From positions 384,090,001-384,154,000 of the forward strand of contig OZ024740.1 in assembly GCA_964016885.1 (NCBI GenBank): DNA of 64,000 nt, read 5' to 3'. Origin of the DNA: Eledone cirrhosa (taxonomy: Eukaryota). This document shows, one piece after another, positions 14,820 to 26,782 of the stretch. The notes under the pieces were generated by a model. It did not search any database, was not told the origin of the DNA, and saw only the letters and a program-made list of their open reading frames with translations. Every line of letters begins with the position of its first letter. The first letter of the stretch is position 1. The translations under genes and the position numbers were made by a program.

Positions 14820-15240
14820 CCTTGTCTGGCTTTCTGGAGAATAGAGGAAAGGTGTTTCCTCAAAAACCAGTATGACTCTAAAAACCGGTTTGTCTGTGTG
14901 TTTACATACAGAATAGCTGGACACTCACAGTAAAGTGACCAGTGAAAAACTTGGTACATCTACATATGTATACGTGTGTGTATTCATATGCATACTAGTA
15001 TTTCAGTATACATATGTGGATGTACATTTTTAACTTAATTGTTTAAGCGTCAGTCATACAAAAGTGAGTTACAAACGAAACGAAATTTAATTTCGTTTCG
15101 TTATTTGTTTTTATCGTCTCCGTTGAACCGGTACGCACTCACGCTCTATGCAAATTAGTCTGCCCACTACTAATGTTCATAGAAAAAGCATATAACTATA
15201 TGTGCTTTTACGATTCTCCAGAACGGTCGGAAGAAAGGTA

Positions 15241-15285
15241 AATATTGCTGATGAGTTGTAACAACAACGAAACTAGTTCAATATT
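15241..15285 (+). ncRNA. Minimal type I hammerhead ribozyme
   Basis: Identical to 14775-14819, one 466-bp unit downstream. Confidence 0.9.
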
Positions 15286-15573
15286 CCTTGTCTGGCTTTT
15301 TGGAGAATAGAGGAAAGGTGTTTCCTCAAAAACCAGTATGACTCTAAAAACCGGTTTGTCTGTGTGTTTACATACAGAATAGCTGGACACTCACAGTAAA
15401 GTGACCAGTGAAAAACTTGGTACATCTACATATGTATACGTGTGTGTATTCATATGCATACTAGTATTTCAGTATACATATGTGGATGTACATTTTTAAC
15501 TTAATTGTTTAAGCGTCAGTCATACAAAAGTGAGTTACAAACGAAACGAAATTTAATTTCGTTTCGTTATTTG

Positions 15574-15622
<49 letters not shown>

Positions 15623-15633
15623 AGAGAGAGAGA

Positions 15634-15743
<110 letters not shown>

Positions 15744-15834
15744 TATGTAGATATAGATATAGTGTGGGTAGTATGCTGAATTACTGGTGTTGGAACCATT
15801 TCAGGCACTCTATGCAGAGGCTGGGTGTATATAA

Positions 15835-16042
15835 TAGAAAACAACGAGGGAGTTTCGTTAACATATAAAAAATAGTTATTGTGTATCGACCTGTTACGCG
15901 CGTTTCGCCAAGGATTGGCTCAAGGTAATCCATAGGAGTTATGGATATAACTCCAGTATCGATCTGCTCGTTAGAGCCACTCCTCTGTGAAACCGCTTAA
16001 CTGGTCGTTACAAATAAATATTCTTTTTATATGTAAATGAAA
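15835..16042. repeat. Degenerate fold-back repeat with broken hammerhead
   Basis: Minus strand 15889-15926 reads tga-gcca(atcct)tggc-GAAA-cgcgcg-TA-acaggt, with the 5' core partly deleted. A decayed mirror copy lies at ~15975-16010. Confidence 0.45.
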
Positions 16043-16084
16043 CTTTCTCGGTTTTTCTTTCATATAAATGTATATGTACACACA

Positions 16085-16197
<113 letters not shown>

Positions 16198-16202
16198 TTA
16201 TT

Positions 16203-17655
16203 TATTAAAATAACAGATTAAAGTTTAAGCAAAGAATCGCTGCTTTCACCCTTTACGGGGTCTTCTGAAACTAACAAAGTCAATCTGTGAACGCAGAAGT
16301 GAATATTTCAAAAAACGTTTCAACCGGAGGAAGACAGAAGACGATACTTTGGTTCGTGGAAACGTTCCCTGGCAAAGAACGGGAAAAAACTAATATATTA
16401 CGTCATTATTTGGCGCGGTGAAAAACAATTACACGCAAAGACAAAACCACGTTTATGGTAAGAAACAAGTCGTAGACTAATATTCTATTAGGTGGTTACG
16501 CGGATATTTTAAGTTTTGATCTGGTAGCTAAGTATGTTTATGCCATTACTTATTTGTATAGGTAAGTATATATTACCTATATGTTTTGTGAAGGTACGTA
16601 TACTTTCTCGTACTTATATTTGATTGTATATGTTATGGCCTAAATATTATATATTCTGGTACATATGATTTTGATTATGTGTTACGTGAGTTTTGCGTTT
16701 GTGTGAGTATGCGGGTTCGTACGTATGTAGGGTGTGTGTATATGTGTACTTTGTGTTTTGGTTGACGTTGTCTCCGAACATATGTGTATTTATATGTAGG
16801 TATGTGTGTGCGCTTGTTATATACGTATTTATTTATATACGTTTATTTAATTATATGTATACACGCACACACATATATATATATATATATTTTTTTTATA
16901 TATATGTTTATGTGTACTTGGTGTATACATTCGTATGCGTGCGGCTAGAGCCGTTGCTTGGTTTCTGTAAGTGCGTGAGGGTCTTTTTTCTTTCTTTTTT
17001 TACGTGCGTGTATTTGTATACCTATGGCGAGTGTTTTCGCGTATGCTTGTGTATGTACCTTTATGGATGAGAGTATGTATTTAATTTCAATTACCTCTGT
17101 ATTTTATTTACTTTATTCTGAACTCTGAAGTCGAGAATCATTCGGTTTCCTTGTTAGAATTCTTGTCTACGATTTCATTTATACTATTTACGTGGTTTTG
17201 TCTTTGCGCGCAATTGTTCTCCCCGGACCACATATGACGTATTTTCTTTATTTTTTCCGTTCATTGAACCACCTAATAGAATATTAGTCTACGACTTCTT
17301 TCTTACCATAAACGTGGTTTTGTTTTTGCGTGTAATTGTTTTTCACCGCTCCAAATAATGACATATTATATTTGTTTTTTCCCGTTCTTTGCCAAGGAAC
17401 ATTTCCACGAACCAAAGTATCGTCTTCCTGTCTTCCTCTGGTTGAAACGTTTTTTGAAATATTCACTTCTGCGTTCACAGATTGACTTTGTTAGTTTCAG
17501 GAGATCCCGTTAAGGGTGAAAGCAGCGATTCTTAGCTTAAACTTTAATCTGTTATTTTAATAAATATTTGCTCTACGGTTCTTATATATTTGATATATAT
17601 TTATCCTTATCAAGCCCTCTTTGGATTTTAGTCTTCAAATTTATTATTATTACTA
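16203..17655 (+). mobile_element. PLE 3' terminal region with inverted arm (same family as 1-1520)
   Basis: 16203-16497 is inverted relative to 17267-17565. 17400-17655 matches 1275-1520. HHR-like motifs at 16222-16272 (-) and 17493-17543 (+). Confidence 0.8.
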
Positions 17656-17726
17656 TATATATATATATTTTATCAAATGATTCTATGGACATAGTTTATT
17701 GTATATATATATATATATATATACTT

Positions 17727-18381
17727 ATGAAGGACTAACTTTATTCATATGTAACCCATTAGCAACCCCGCAGCACGTTTATTTCATATTTACACATATT
17801 TTTCCCCTGCTGTTACCCGTCTATTTCCTTCTTACTGCTTCCTCTTTCTCTGTATCTTTACCCTCTCTAGCAGTCACTCTCTCTGTTAGCCTCTTCCTCA
17901 CCCTTTACTCACTCATTCTCTGTTACTACCTCTCCTCCTCCCCCTTCTTCCCGTTTGACCTGTGCGTAATTCTTTTCTTTCGCACGCTTGGCCAGGTCGG
18001 TCGGCATTTTTTCTCTCTCTCGTCTACGATTTCACAGAACTTATGTTTACCGAATTCACAGACTAGATCCCTTCTTCCTTCCGTTGGACCTGTGCGAAAT
18101 TCCTTCCTTGCTCACATTTCAACCAGGTTTGATGGTCTTTATTCTCTCTCGTTCACGATTTCACCGAATATAAATTCATAGAAATTTGGGACTTGACACC
18201 TTCTTCCGCACTTTTCGTTGCTTCACCATTTTTGTTTGTTTACACTCGTGTCCCCTTTATTTACGCGTCCCAACGACTTTTTTTTAGCCGTTGCTTGCAC
18301 CAACCGGAGGTATATGGTCTTTAAAGCGATGAAATACCAATGATGGTTGGAAGATCACTGATGAAGGACTAACTTTATTCG
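17727..18381 (+). repeat. 634-bp unit bounded by 20-bp direct repeat, in (TA)n
   Basis: atgaaggactaactttattc at 17727 and 18361. The second copy is preceded by ctg, giving CTGATGA. Confidence 0.55.
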
Positions 18382-18407
18382 TATATATATATATATATAT
18401 ATATATG

Positions 18408-21400
18408 AAGGGATGTATATGTCCTGGGTATGACATTAAATTACATCCAGTGGCAAGGCTCCATTCCGGAGTTCAGGAGCTGTGGGGAATGTGCATTTAC
18501 CCCTTAGTTATCATAACTCCCAGGTCTGCTCTGGCCCGGAGTAGTAGTACCTGTTAGGGCCCCATTTAATGGTTAAATAGCTACCTTAATCGAGTGGCGC
18601 CGGTAAGGTATTGTCAGCCATTGAAAAGAAATATGGAGAGTCGATCTTACAGCACTAGGGTTAGAGCCCCTAATTACACTGTCAAGGAGGAGTCTGGTCG
18701 TTATGACTCTGCTGGCTTAGAACCACAGGGAGGGCCAGTGGATGATGGATCATCTGTCTCTGATACAAATATAAAGAATGCAGTTTTGTCCTGCAGAAGG
18801 GCCATCAAAATGGGCACTTTAAATGTGAGGACTATTCTGATGCTGGAGAAAAGAGAGGAGTTGGGTCATCTGTTCGCGGAGAGTGGAATACAGATACTTG
18901 CTATCCAAGAACACGGGATCCTACACGATGAGCCCGTGAGGAATGTGATGATTGGGAAGATGAGCCAGCCCATCACCACATCGGCAGTGAGGAGCATGAT
19001 CAATGCTGCAGTGGGAGGAGTGGGTTTTGTTTTCAGCACAAAAACCAGTCTATTGGTGAGGGAAATAATTCCTGTCTCTCCGCGAGTGTTGAGGGTGACC
19101 TTCAATGGAAACCCAAGACTGACAGTCATCTCAGCCTATAGTCCAACCGAGGGAGACAGTAATGTGAGTGCGGAAGAGTTCCATGAGGAGGTGTGTAGAG
19201 CTGTCAACACCACACAAGCACGAAACATCCTGCTGGTTTTGGGGGACTTCATGCACATCTGAGTAAGGAGGGCAGTGAAGATCCTTGCTGCTACTTCCAT
19301 AACAACACCAACCGAAATGAAAAACTACTGAGGATCACCCTGCTGGAGGCGAACTTGATAGCGAACAACTTAAGGCTTATGAAGAATCAAGGGAAGATGT
19401 GGACCTACATCTCAGATATGCACCTGTCCAAGTCCCAGATCGATTTCATTCTGTTGAGGAAAAAGTGGGGGAATAGTGTTCTGAACACAGAACCATACAA
19501 CTATTTCAGTACACTGGGTAGTGACCTCCGGCTCGTTATGAGTGAGGTCCGGGTTAGCTTAAGAAGGACAAGACTCAGCCCCGGAGAGCAATCTATGACA
19601 GGGGAGTTTTCAAGGAAGATGATAAGCTGCAGGAGAGGTTCACAGTGGAAGTGAGGAAGAGGTTCAGTGCTCTGTGTGGAAAGACAGAGGAGAGAGAGAT
19701 TGGATGGACTGAGGAGAGTGTGACGAGGAGGTACGGGCAGTTCACCAATGCAGTGGCGGAAGCAGGTGAGATCCTGGTGCCGAGGAGAAATAACAAAAGG
19801 AAGCACGTCAGCTCTGCAGACCCAAATGTGTGTGCAGCCAGAGAACACCTCAAAGCTGCCAAGGGCCAATTCTATGCTCATCCCAACGGAGGAGAGGATG
19901 GAGACTGTGAAGGTGATGAAGGAAGAACTCTGTACCGCTTACAGTGAGGCCAGAGAGGAGGCACTGATAGAGAAGATCAGAAGTGTGGAGAGAGCGGTTG
20001 ACAGGTCTGGATGTAAGGAGAGCTGGATGATCATCAACGAGATCACAGGGAGGAAGAGAAGGTGTTTGAGTCAGATCCGGGGAACAGGGCCCGAGGATAG
20101 GAAGAGGAAATAGCTAGACCATTTTAGGACCCTACTAGGAGAGCCACCCTGCACAGCCCAGAGCACTGGGGAAATCAGGCGGCTTTTTGAAGAACTGAAT
20201 ATTGAGATAGAGCCCTTCCATAGAGAGGAGATTCAGAGAGCCAAGAAGAAGATCAAGGAGGGAAAGGCTCGGGTAGAAGATTGAGTGGCATCAAAGGTGA
20301 TGAAGAGGTGTGATTTTGATGATATCATCCTGGGGTTCTGTAACCAGGCGCTGGAGAAAGGAGTTGCCCCGAACCAGTGGAGGATCAGTAACATCGTCCC
20401 AGTGCCAAAGAAGTGAGATCTCTCTAACACCAACAACTAGAGGGGGATCTCACTGACGTCATTTGTGGCAAAGACCCTCAACAGGATGATTCTTAACAGG
20501 ATCCAGCCTGAGATGGAGAAGAAGCCCAGGGACAACTTGAACCGTTTCAGAGAGGTAAGATCAACCACCAGTCACATCCTTATGCTGAGGAGGATATAAG
20601 AAGGAGCTAGAGCAAAGGGCCTTCCTGCAGCCATGGATTTCATTGACTTTAGGAAGGCCTTTGATTCTGTGGACCGTCACAGCCTGATGAAGATCTTACA
20701 GGCTTGTGGAATCCCCAAGAAGATAGTGGACCTGATATCACTGCTCTACACCAACACCAAATCCCAAGTCATTACACCTGATGGGATGACAGAGTTCTTT
20801 GAGATACTGGCTAGAGTGCTCCAGGGAGATATATTGGCACCCTACCTTTTTATCATCGTAGTGGACTATTGTATGCGTCTTGCACTGGAGAAACACCAGG
20901 ACTCTGGCTTTACTGTAGCACCGGCTCAGAGCAGGAGAGTTAAGGCGAAAAAGATATCGGATGCTGAATTTGCCGACAACATAATTTTCGTGACAAATAA
21001 AGTAAATGAGGCAGAGGATTTGATGCAGGAGGTTGAGACTCTGTCGATGAGTGTGGGGCTGAGAATGAATGAGACTAAAACAAAATATCTGGTAAAGAAT
21101 GTTGAGAAGACAGAGGGGATCACTAATGTAGGCGGGAAGCCGCTAGAATTGGTGGAGGACTTCCTGTATTTGGGAGAAAAGATTGGGAATACGGAATATG
21201 ATGTGGTTGAGAGGAAGAGCAAAGGCGTGCCACAGCTTGAGATCGGTGTGGAAGTCGGACCATCATAAAGACCTGAAAATCCGCCTCTTCATTGCTGTAG
21301 TAGAGTCTGTGCTGCTGTATGGGTCTGAGACTTGGACACTGACCAAGAAACTCACTCAGATGGAGGATGGGTGCTACACGAGAATGCTGAGGATGGCTCT

Positions 21401-21553
21401 GAACATTAATCAATATACACTGAGGATAAAAATATCAGAGCTGTATGGACCCTCCCAAAAGTCAGCTCAAAAGTGACACAGAGGTTAGCTGGACATGCTC
21501 ACCAACAACCAGAGTTGACATTGCACTCAGTGCTCCTACATGGACACACTGGA
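18408..21553 (+). mobile_element. Degenerate RTE-clade LINE (APE + RT), near full length
   Basis: APE motifs MGTLNVRT, LAIQEH, SAYSPT, LGDF, SQIDFIL, SD. RT motifs FIDFRKAFDSV, VLQGDILAPYLF, FADNI, FLYLG. Also LLYGSETWTL. Many stops and frameshifts. Confidence 0.9.
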
Positions 21554-22174
21554 AGACATGTATGTTTTAAATATAATTATCTCGCTACATATACATATCT
21601 TAATACATATCTTAATACTACATAACATTTTTTGTAATACACAACAGCTTTACATCTGCTTAGATTTTTCACTTAATTATTTATCTGATCCACTCTCAAC
21701 GCATGCATCAACGAAACTTTGTATATGTATACTACACAAGTTACTTCACAACTTTCATCTTATATCCTACCGATGCATTCCTGACTGCTTAATATCCTAT
21801 TACACCTATATTTTGTGATATCTTTGCCATAGTATGCTATATATGCCTATTACCTTTGCTTTCTTTACCATATTATTCTGTATATGACTAATACCACTGC
21901 GTTCTTACTGTCTATATGCCTATGTACCACTAATGTCCTCTTTACGAGTAGCTTTCTTTTATAATACTTTTATAATCTGCATTATATCCATTGCCACATA
22001 CGACAACATCTTCATTATCTTTGAATATGACATTATTGATAGCAACAATAATATCAACATATCTTTATGATTGTTCTGTAGAATAGGAATTTAATTATAT
22101 CTTTAAGCTTTTCCAATGGTCCGATGAATCGATATATATATATAATTGGTGTTGGATGGTTAAAGCGTCCGAAT

Positions 22175-22233
<59 letters not shown>

Positions 22234-22242
22234 ATATATATA

Positions 22243-22840
22243 TGTGGTGGCTGCCAACTCGTTTTCGAGTACGGCCACTACTTTACATCCAGGTAGGACA
22301 ACCCCTACCGATGCGCTGAACGAGTGTGAATTTTTAGTCCAGCCAGCGACTTGAAAACTCTGGTACAAACACTACACTTCTGACAATTATTGACACATAG
22401 TGCTGGGCCCATGGTACCATGTGACGAAAAGTGCAGAGAGCTCTCCAGATATAAAACAATGCCTGTGCCGTGAAGCTTTTATAGTGAGCAAAGGCACTGC
22501 ACAAAGCCAGTCCCACTCTCTTAACCAAGATGATATTTACCAAAGAGAAAAACAAGTCAACATCATTGGATACCATCAGGGTTGCAGGTGTTATATCAGA
22601 GTTTTCCTTCACCTAGAATTCTGCCTTGACAAAGGCTAAGGTGTCATCTCTCCCGGTGATTTTGGATGGCCAGTGACTCTTAAGAGCTCCTTTTCCCTTT
22701 GACAGGTTGTGCTTTTAGTCCTGCCGGATGTCCAAAGTCACCCTCCTCACCAAGAAACCTTGGTGGGGTAGCCAGTGTAGTCGCCAACGACCCGACCATG
22801 AGACAGGTTGTACAGGGATACATGTTACGAGTAGCACCAA
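22243..22840 (-). mobile_element. ~600-bp non-autonomous RTE-derived element, copy 2
   Basis: Colinear with 3799-4399. Confidence 0.75.
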
Positions 22841-22867
22841 CATTATCATATATATATATATATATAT

Positions 22868-23062
22868 GAAAATGTTCAAGACCTCGACGGCAGAGCTCAA
22901 GCCGTTTCGACGGCTATTTCTGGAGTCCGGAAATAGCCGTCGAAACGGCTTGAGCTCTGCCGTCGGGGTCTTGATCAGTTTCCTATTACCCACTCTACTA
23001 CCCTAAGTATTGAGTACTTTGGTGCGTTATGGTGCATCTGGTTCCTTACCACATTTTCTTCT
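22868..23062 (+). repeat. Fold-back short repeat family copy (~115-bp palindrome plus tail)
   Basis: 22868-22982 is near-perfectly self-complementary. Same family as 1563-1771. Confidence 0.75.
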
Positions 23063-23268
23063 TTATATATATATATATATATAAAATTATATATACAGAA
23101 ATTGAAAATTAGAATTGGCGCTCTGAAATAGCAATCTATATATGAATGTATATATAATATATTTGGTAATACACTATGCTTAATTAAAAGCATTTTGAAG
23201 ACCTTACGCTATTGTTTTAAAGTAGTGACCATGTCACTTACTTCTTTGTTCACCAAACAAAAGGGAGA

Positions 23269-23316
23269 TAAGCTGACAGATCTCTGTTTCATACTGTTGG
23301 TATTCCTCAGATCTTA
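23269..23316 (-). ncRNA. Type I hammerhead ribozyme in a 318-bp unit (23098-23447)
   Basis: taagat-CTGAGGA-atac(caaca)gtat-GAAA-cagagatctg-TC-agctta, GUC site. The unit is bounded by the direct repeat attgaaaattagaattggYgctctgaaa (23101, 23419). Confidence 0.75.
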
Positions 23317-23703
23317 GCACTCCCTTTGTCTGTTGAAAAATTATGAATGTTGGATTCTTATAGAATTCTAGTAATAATCAGGAACTGATTACACAGAGCG
23401 ATTGCCGGTCCAGCAAAAATTGAAAATTAGAATTGGTGCTCTGAAAAACTATGACTGCAAATAATGGTTATATTGATTCGATATTATTTTTGGATGATGA
23501 GATTTATCATGTTAAATAGCCATACGCACACTGGAAATATCAAATTTATCATACAGATGAAAGGTGATTTATTGAAATGGAACCGGCAGGAATGCACTTT
23601 ACAACCCCTTTATTTAACACTCTTTAACACTCCCCAACAACATTCTCAATTGATTATCTTGCTGGTCCTATTCACTATTTTATATATATATATATATATA
23701 TAT

Positions 23704-25329
23704 ATTGTTATATTTGGGGAGGGTCATATTTGCGTAATATTGCCAGAATTAATAACAGAACACACTACTGTTTGGTTGGTTTTCGCTTCTCGCTGTCTTT
23801 TATATCTGCGGTCTAACTTACTCGGTCCTCAATGTTGCCATTGACTATAGACGAGAGAGCCCAAATTTTCCACTCACACTATGCTAGACCCATGGCCTCC
23901 AAATACCTGATACTCAAAAACTCAGCAATGTCCAGTAGTGCTAAGTTTAATATTCTGATCGCAGACTTGGTACGAGTGATGAAGAATGTGTCCAGCATGT
24001 GCCACCCAACAGAAATGGAAGGACACATCCAACACTTCATCAACCGCATGCAGTTCTCTGGCTACAACCAAAGAGACAGAGTCAGAGTATACGAAGGAGC
24101 CATGGAAAAGTATAAGACCCTCATAGAACTGGACATGAAAGGAATTTGCCCACTATACAGGAGCAAGTCATGGAATAGCTTAGATAGGGCTAGACATAAG
24201 ATAGGGAAGGCCACATCATGGTACGACAACCAGAGATATCAGAGTGGCATGTTTGTGGACGCCACCCCTGGAGGGAAATTAGCTAACCAGTGTAGAAAGG
24301 CCCTGAGAAAGACCCACTTAAAAATAAAGGTGGTAGAAAAGCCAGGAACCACCATAAAATCCCTGATCAGCAAAACCTACCCTTTTAAGAAAACCCACTG
24401 TACCAATAGGAAATGTATCATATGTAAGGTGAACCCCCGGATAAACTGTAAAACTAGAAACGTAGTCTATAGCATAAGATGTACAGAGGGTACTTGCAGA
24501 AACATGACAACAACATATATAGGTGAGACAGCTCGTAGCATAGGTGAAAGGATAGACCAACACTGGGGGGAACTAAAAGGACGAAAAAACGGGTCAGTAC
24601 TATACGAACATGCTAGACAACAACATGACGGTAACATAGACAACATAGAAATTAGAATAATATCTAAACATAGGAATGACCCAGCAGATAGGCAAATCAG
24701 AGAGGCCAGTGAAATAGAAATTAGAAGACCAAAGCTAAACAGAAAGAATGAGTGGAACAACAACAACACCCAAACAAACAACACTGACCTAAGAGAAGTA
24801 TAAATAAGTAAATAAAATAAAAAAATAAAATAAGATAAATAAATACATACACAAGCACAATAACAACAAGCACATAAACACACACTAGTCACCCAGCAGA
24901 TACAACACTATACACACTAGTCACACATCACACATAACACTATACACACACGCAAACGCATGCGCAAAGAAGACAAAATAAAATAAGATAAACAAACAAG
25001 CAAATAAATAAATAAATATATAGACAGACTGAATAAAAAAAATGGCGTAGACATACAACACAACAGGAGGAACAATGAATATAACACCACTGACGATGTT
25101 GCAGATGTGCAACGAAAGATTTATGTAAACTATATATATGTGTTTGTGTCTATATTGTATCTGTATTATTTTTGACCGTCGGTCAGTCAATGGCAACATT
25201 GAGGACCGAGTAAGTTAGACCGCAGATATAAAAGACAGCGAGAAGCGAAAACCAACCAAACAGTGAGTGTGTTCTGTTATTAATTCTGGCAATATTACGC
25301 AAATATGACCCTCCCCAAATATAACAATA
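23704..25329 (+). mobile_element. Penelope-like element of a second lineage, 5'-truncated, with inverted arm
   Basis: 23704-23847 is inverted relative to 25186-25329. Partial HHR CTGACGA-t-gttgca(gatg)tgcaac-GAAA at 25090-25117. Confidence 0.85.
23832..24803 (+). CDS. PLE RT thumb, Cys-rich linker and GIY-YIG endonuclease (uninterrupted 5'-truncated ORF)
   Basis: HYARPMASK..SAM, RMQFSGY, C..CIIC..CKTRNVVYSIRC, YIGETARSIGERIDQH, RQIREA, LNRKNEW. Confidence 0.85.
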   Translation: MLPLTIDERAQIFHSHYARPMASKYLILKNSAMSSSAKFNILIADLVRVMKNVSSMCHPTEMEGHIQHFINRMQFSGYNQRDRVRVYEGAMEKYKTLIELDMKGICPLYRSKSWNSLDRARHKIGKATSWYDNQRYQSGMFVDATPGGKLANQCRKALRKTHLKIKVVEKPGTTIKSLISKTYPFKKTHCTNRKCIICKVNPRINCKTRNVVYSIRCTEGTCRNMTTTYIGETARSIGERIDQHWGELKGRKNGSVLYEHARQQHDGNIDNIEIRIISKHRNDPADRQIREASEIEIRRPKLNRKNEWNNNNTQTNNTDLREV

Positions 25330-25625
25330 TCTGTTTCGACACACGATTTCATATAAAAAACCTCGCAAAACTAATTCATCGCCACTATATATATATTTAA
25401 TTCCTTTAAATGTTCATCAACACTCCTTCACTCCCACACTCATTAACAACCCTCCCCCTACATACATCAACATCTCTCTTATATAGAGTCACACATCACA
25501 ACACAGCCTGATCTCGTCGAATGCGAGAAATTCTTCAGGAAAGTTAACCAGGAATCTTAAAACATTGCCCCACCGAAGTTTATAAAGAACTTACTAGATC
25601 TACAAAACCAAATTGTAAAATCAAC

Positions 25626-26782
25626 TCTCTATATATAAAACAAAGGCTGGATGTCTGTCTGTCTGTCTGTGTAAATCCCTAAAGCTCTTGAAGTACCCGA
25701 CCGATTTTTTTCAAACTTTACACATGCGTTACTTATATTTCCTGAAGTGTAATGGGCTACACATCTTAAAAACTTTTTCTGTCTTAGGCGGAAAACCACA
25801 TTTTTAAGGCCATTTAGGCTTTTTTGAGGCGTAACCTGAAGATAATCCAACCGATTTACTTGAATTTTGCAACACACATTAGATAGTCCCCCCGCATTGC
25901 TGTGGACAAAGACATTTCCGATTCTATTAATGGTTTCTAGGAAATTTACGAATTAGCGATTGGCATCCCAGTTTCATTTTCAATATAAACGCTACTTAAA
26001 TATCGTAAGCAGCGTATAATATTTCGTTAAAAATTTGGTTTATTTAACAGAGGACACAATACTTACTTACTTTTAAGCAAGACTAATATTGGGGGATTGG
26101 GGAAATGATGAGGACCTTAAATCTTTGGTCGGCGCCTTGGCGCTTCGTGATTTCATCACGCGCACATCCGGGCCCTGTTACGCTGCCGTGTTATTGACAC
26201 CGTAAAACTCACGTCTGTGCTACTTCTACTAAGACCCCTTATGTTGCACCTACACCGCAGTATGAACGCCCTGCGCAAGTACGCCGAACAGCGGTTGTGC
26301 TAATTCCGCGCTGACCCCTTTTGTGGCACCTTTGTTGCTGTGTAAACAAAGTACAACCAGTGCCGCCCAGCGTTTGTGCTAATTGCACTATGACCCCCTT
26401 CTGCTGCAGCTGCGTTGCCACGCTGATTTCGTCATGTCAATATCCCTACTTAATCCTACATCCCTACTTGCTTTTCACAAAATTGACTACGTCGCCCCTT
26501 TAGACTGACGTGTGCCCCTTCGTGACGTTATTCGTGAACAGACTTACGACATACATCGCCCCACAACACTTACTCCTTACGCATACAGGATTTCCGCAAT
26601 CAGCCCACTGACACTGCTACTACTGGATTCGGCCTGCTGATGTTCTTCGTTTCCAGTAGATGAACAATCATTCCCTGGGAATAAGGGAATTGAAAAGTAC
26701 ACAGCTACATTCCTCAATCTTTGCATATACGTGTTGCTACTTCACGTTTCCTACCCCGTACAACGCCGGGTCCTGCTGCTAG
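25626..26782 (+). mobile_element. Non-autonomous Helitron
   Basis: 5' TC(TC)TATATATAAAA followed by (GTCT)n. 3' hairpin cccg(tacaacgc)cggg about 9 nt before CTAG|T. Confidence 0.7.

Larger units (their letters stand above)
13849..15578 (+). mobile_element. Retrozyme-like / PLE terminal-repeat-only array of a 466-bp unit (1.2 inverted plus ~2.5 tandem copies)
   Basis: Period of 466 (13849/14315; 14775/15241). Copies are near identical, each full unit has one canonical HHR, there is no RT/EN ORF, and both ends abut (TA)n. Confidence 0.85.

Noticed and set aside
18420-18600. HDV-like ribozyme at the 5' end of the RTE LINE
   Set aside because: I could not assemble the nested double pseudoknot by eye.
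25500-25556. Hammerhead-like GAAAGTTAAC segment
   Set aside because: No intact CUGANGA in register, too degenerate to call.
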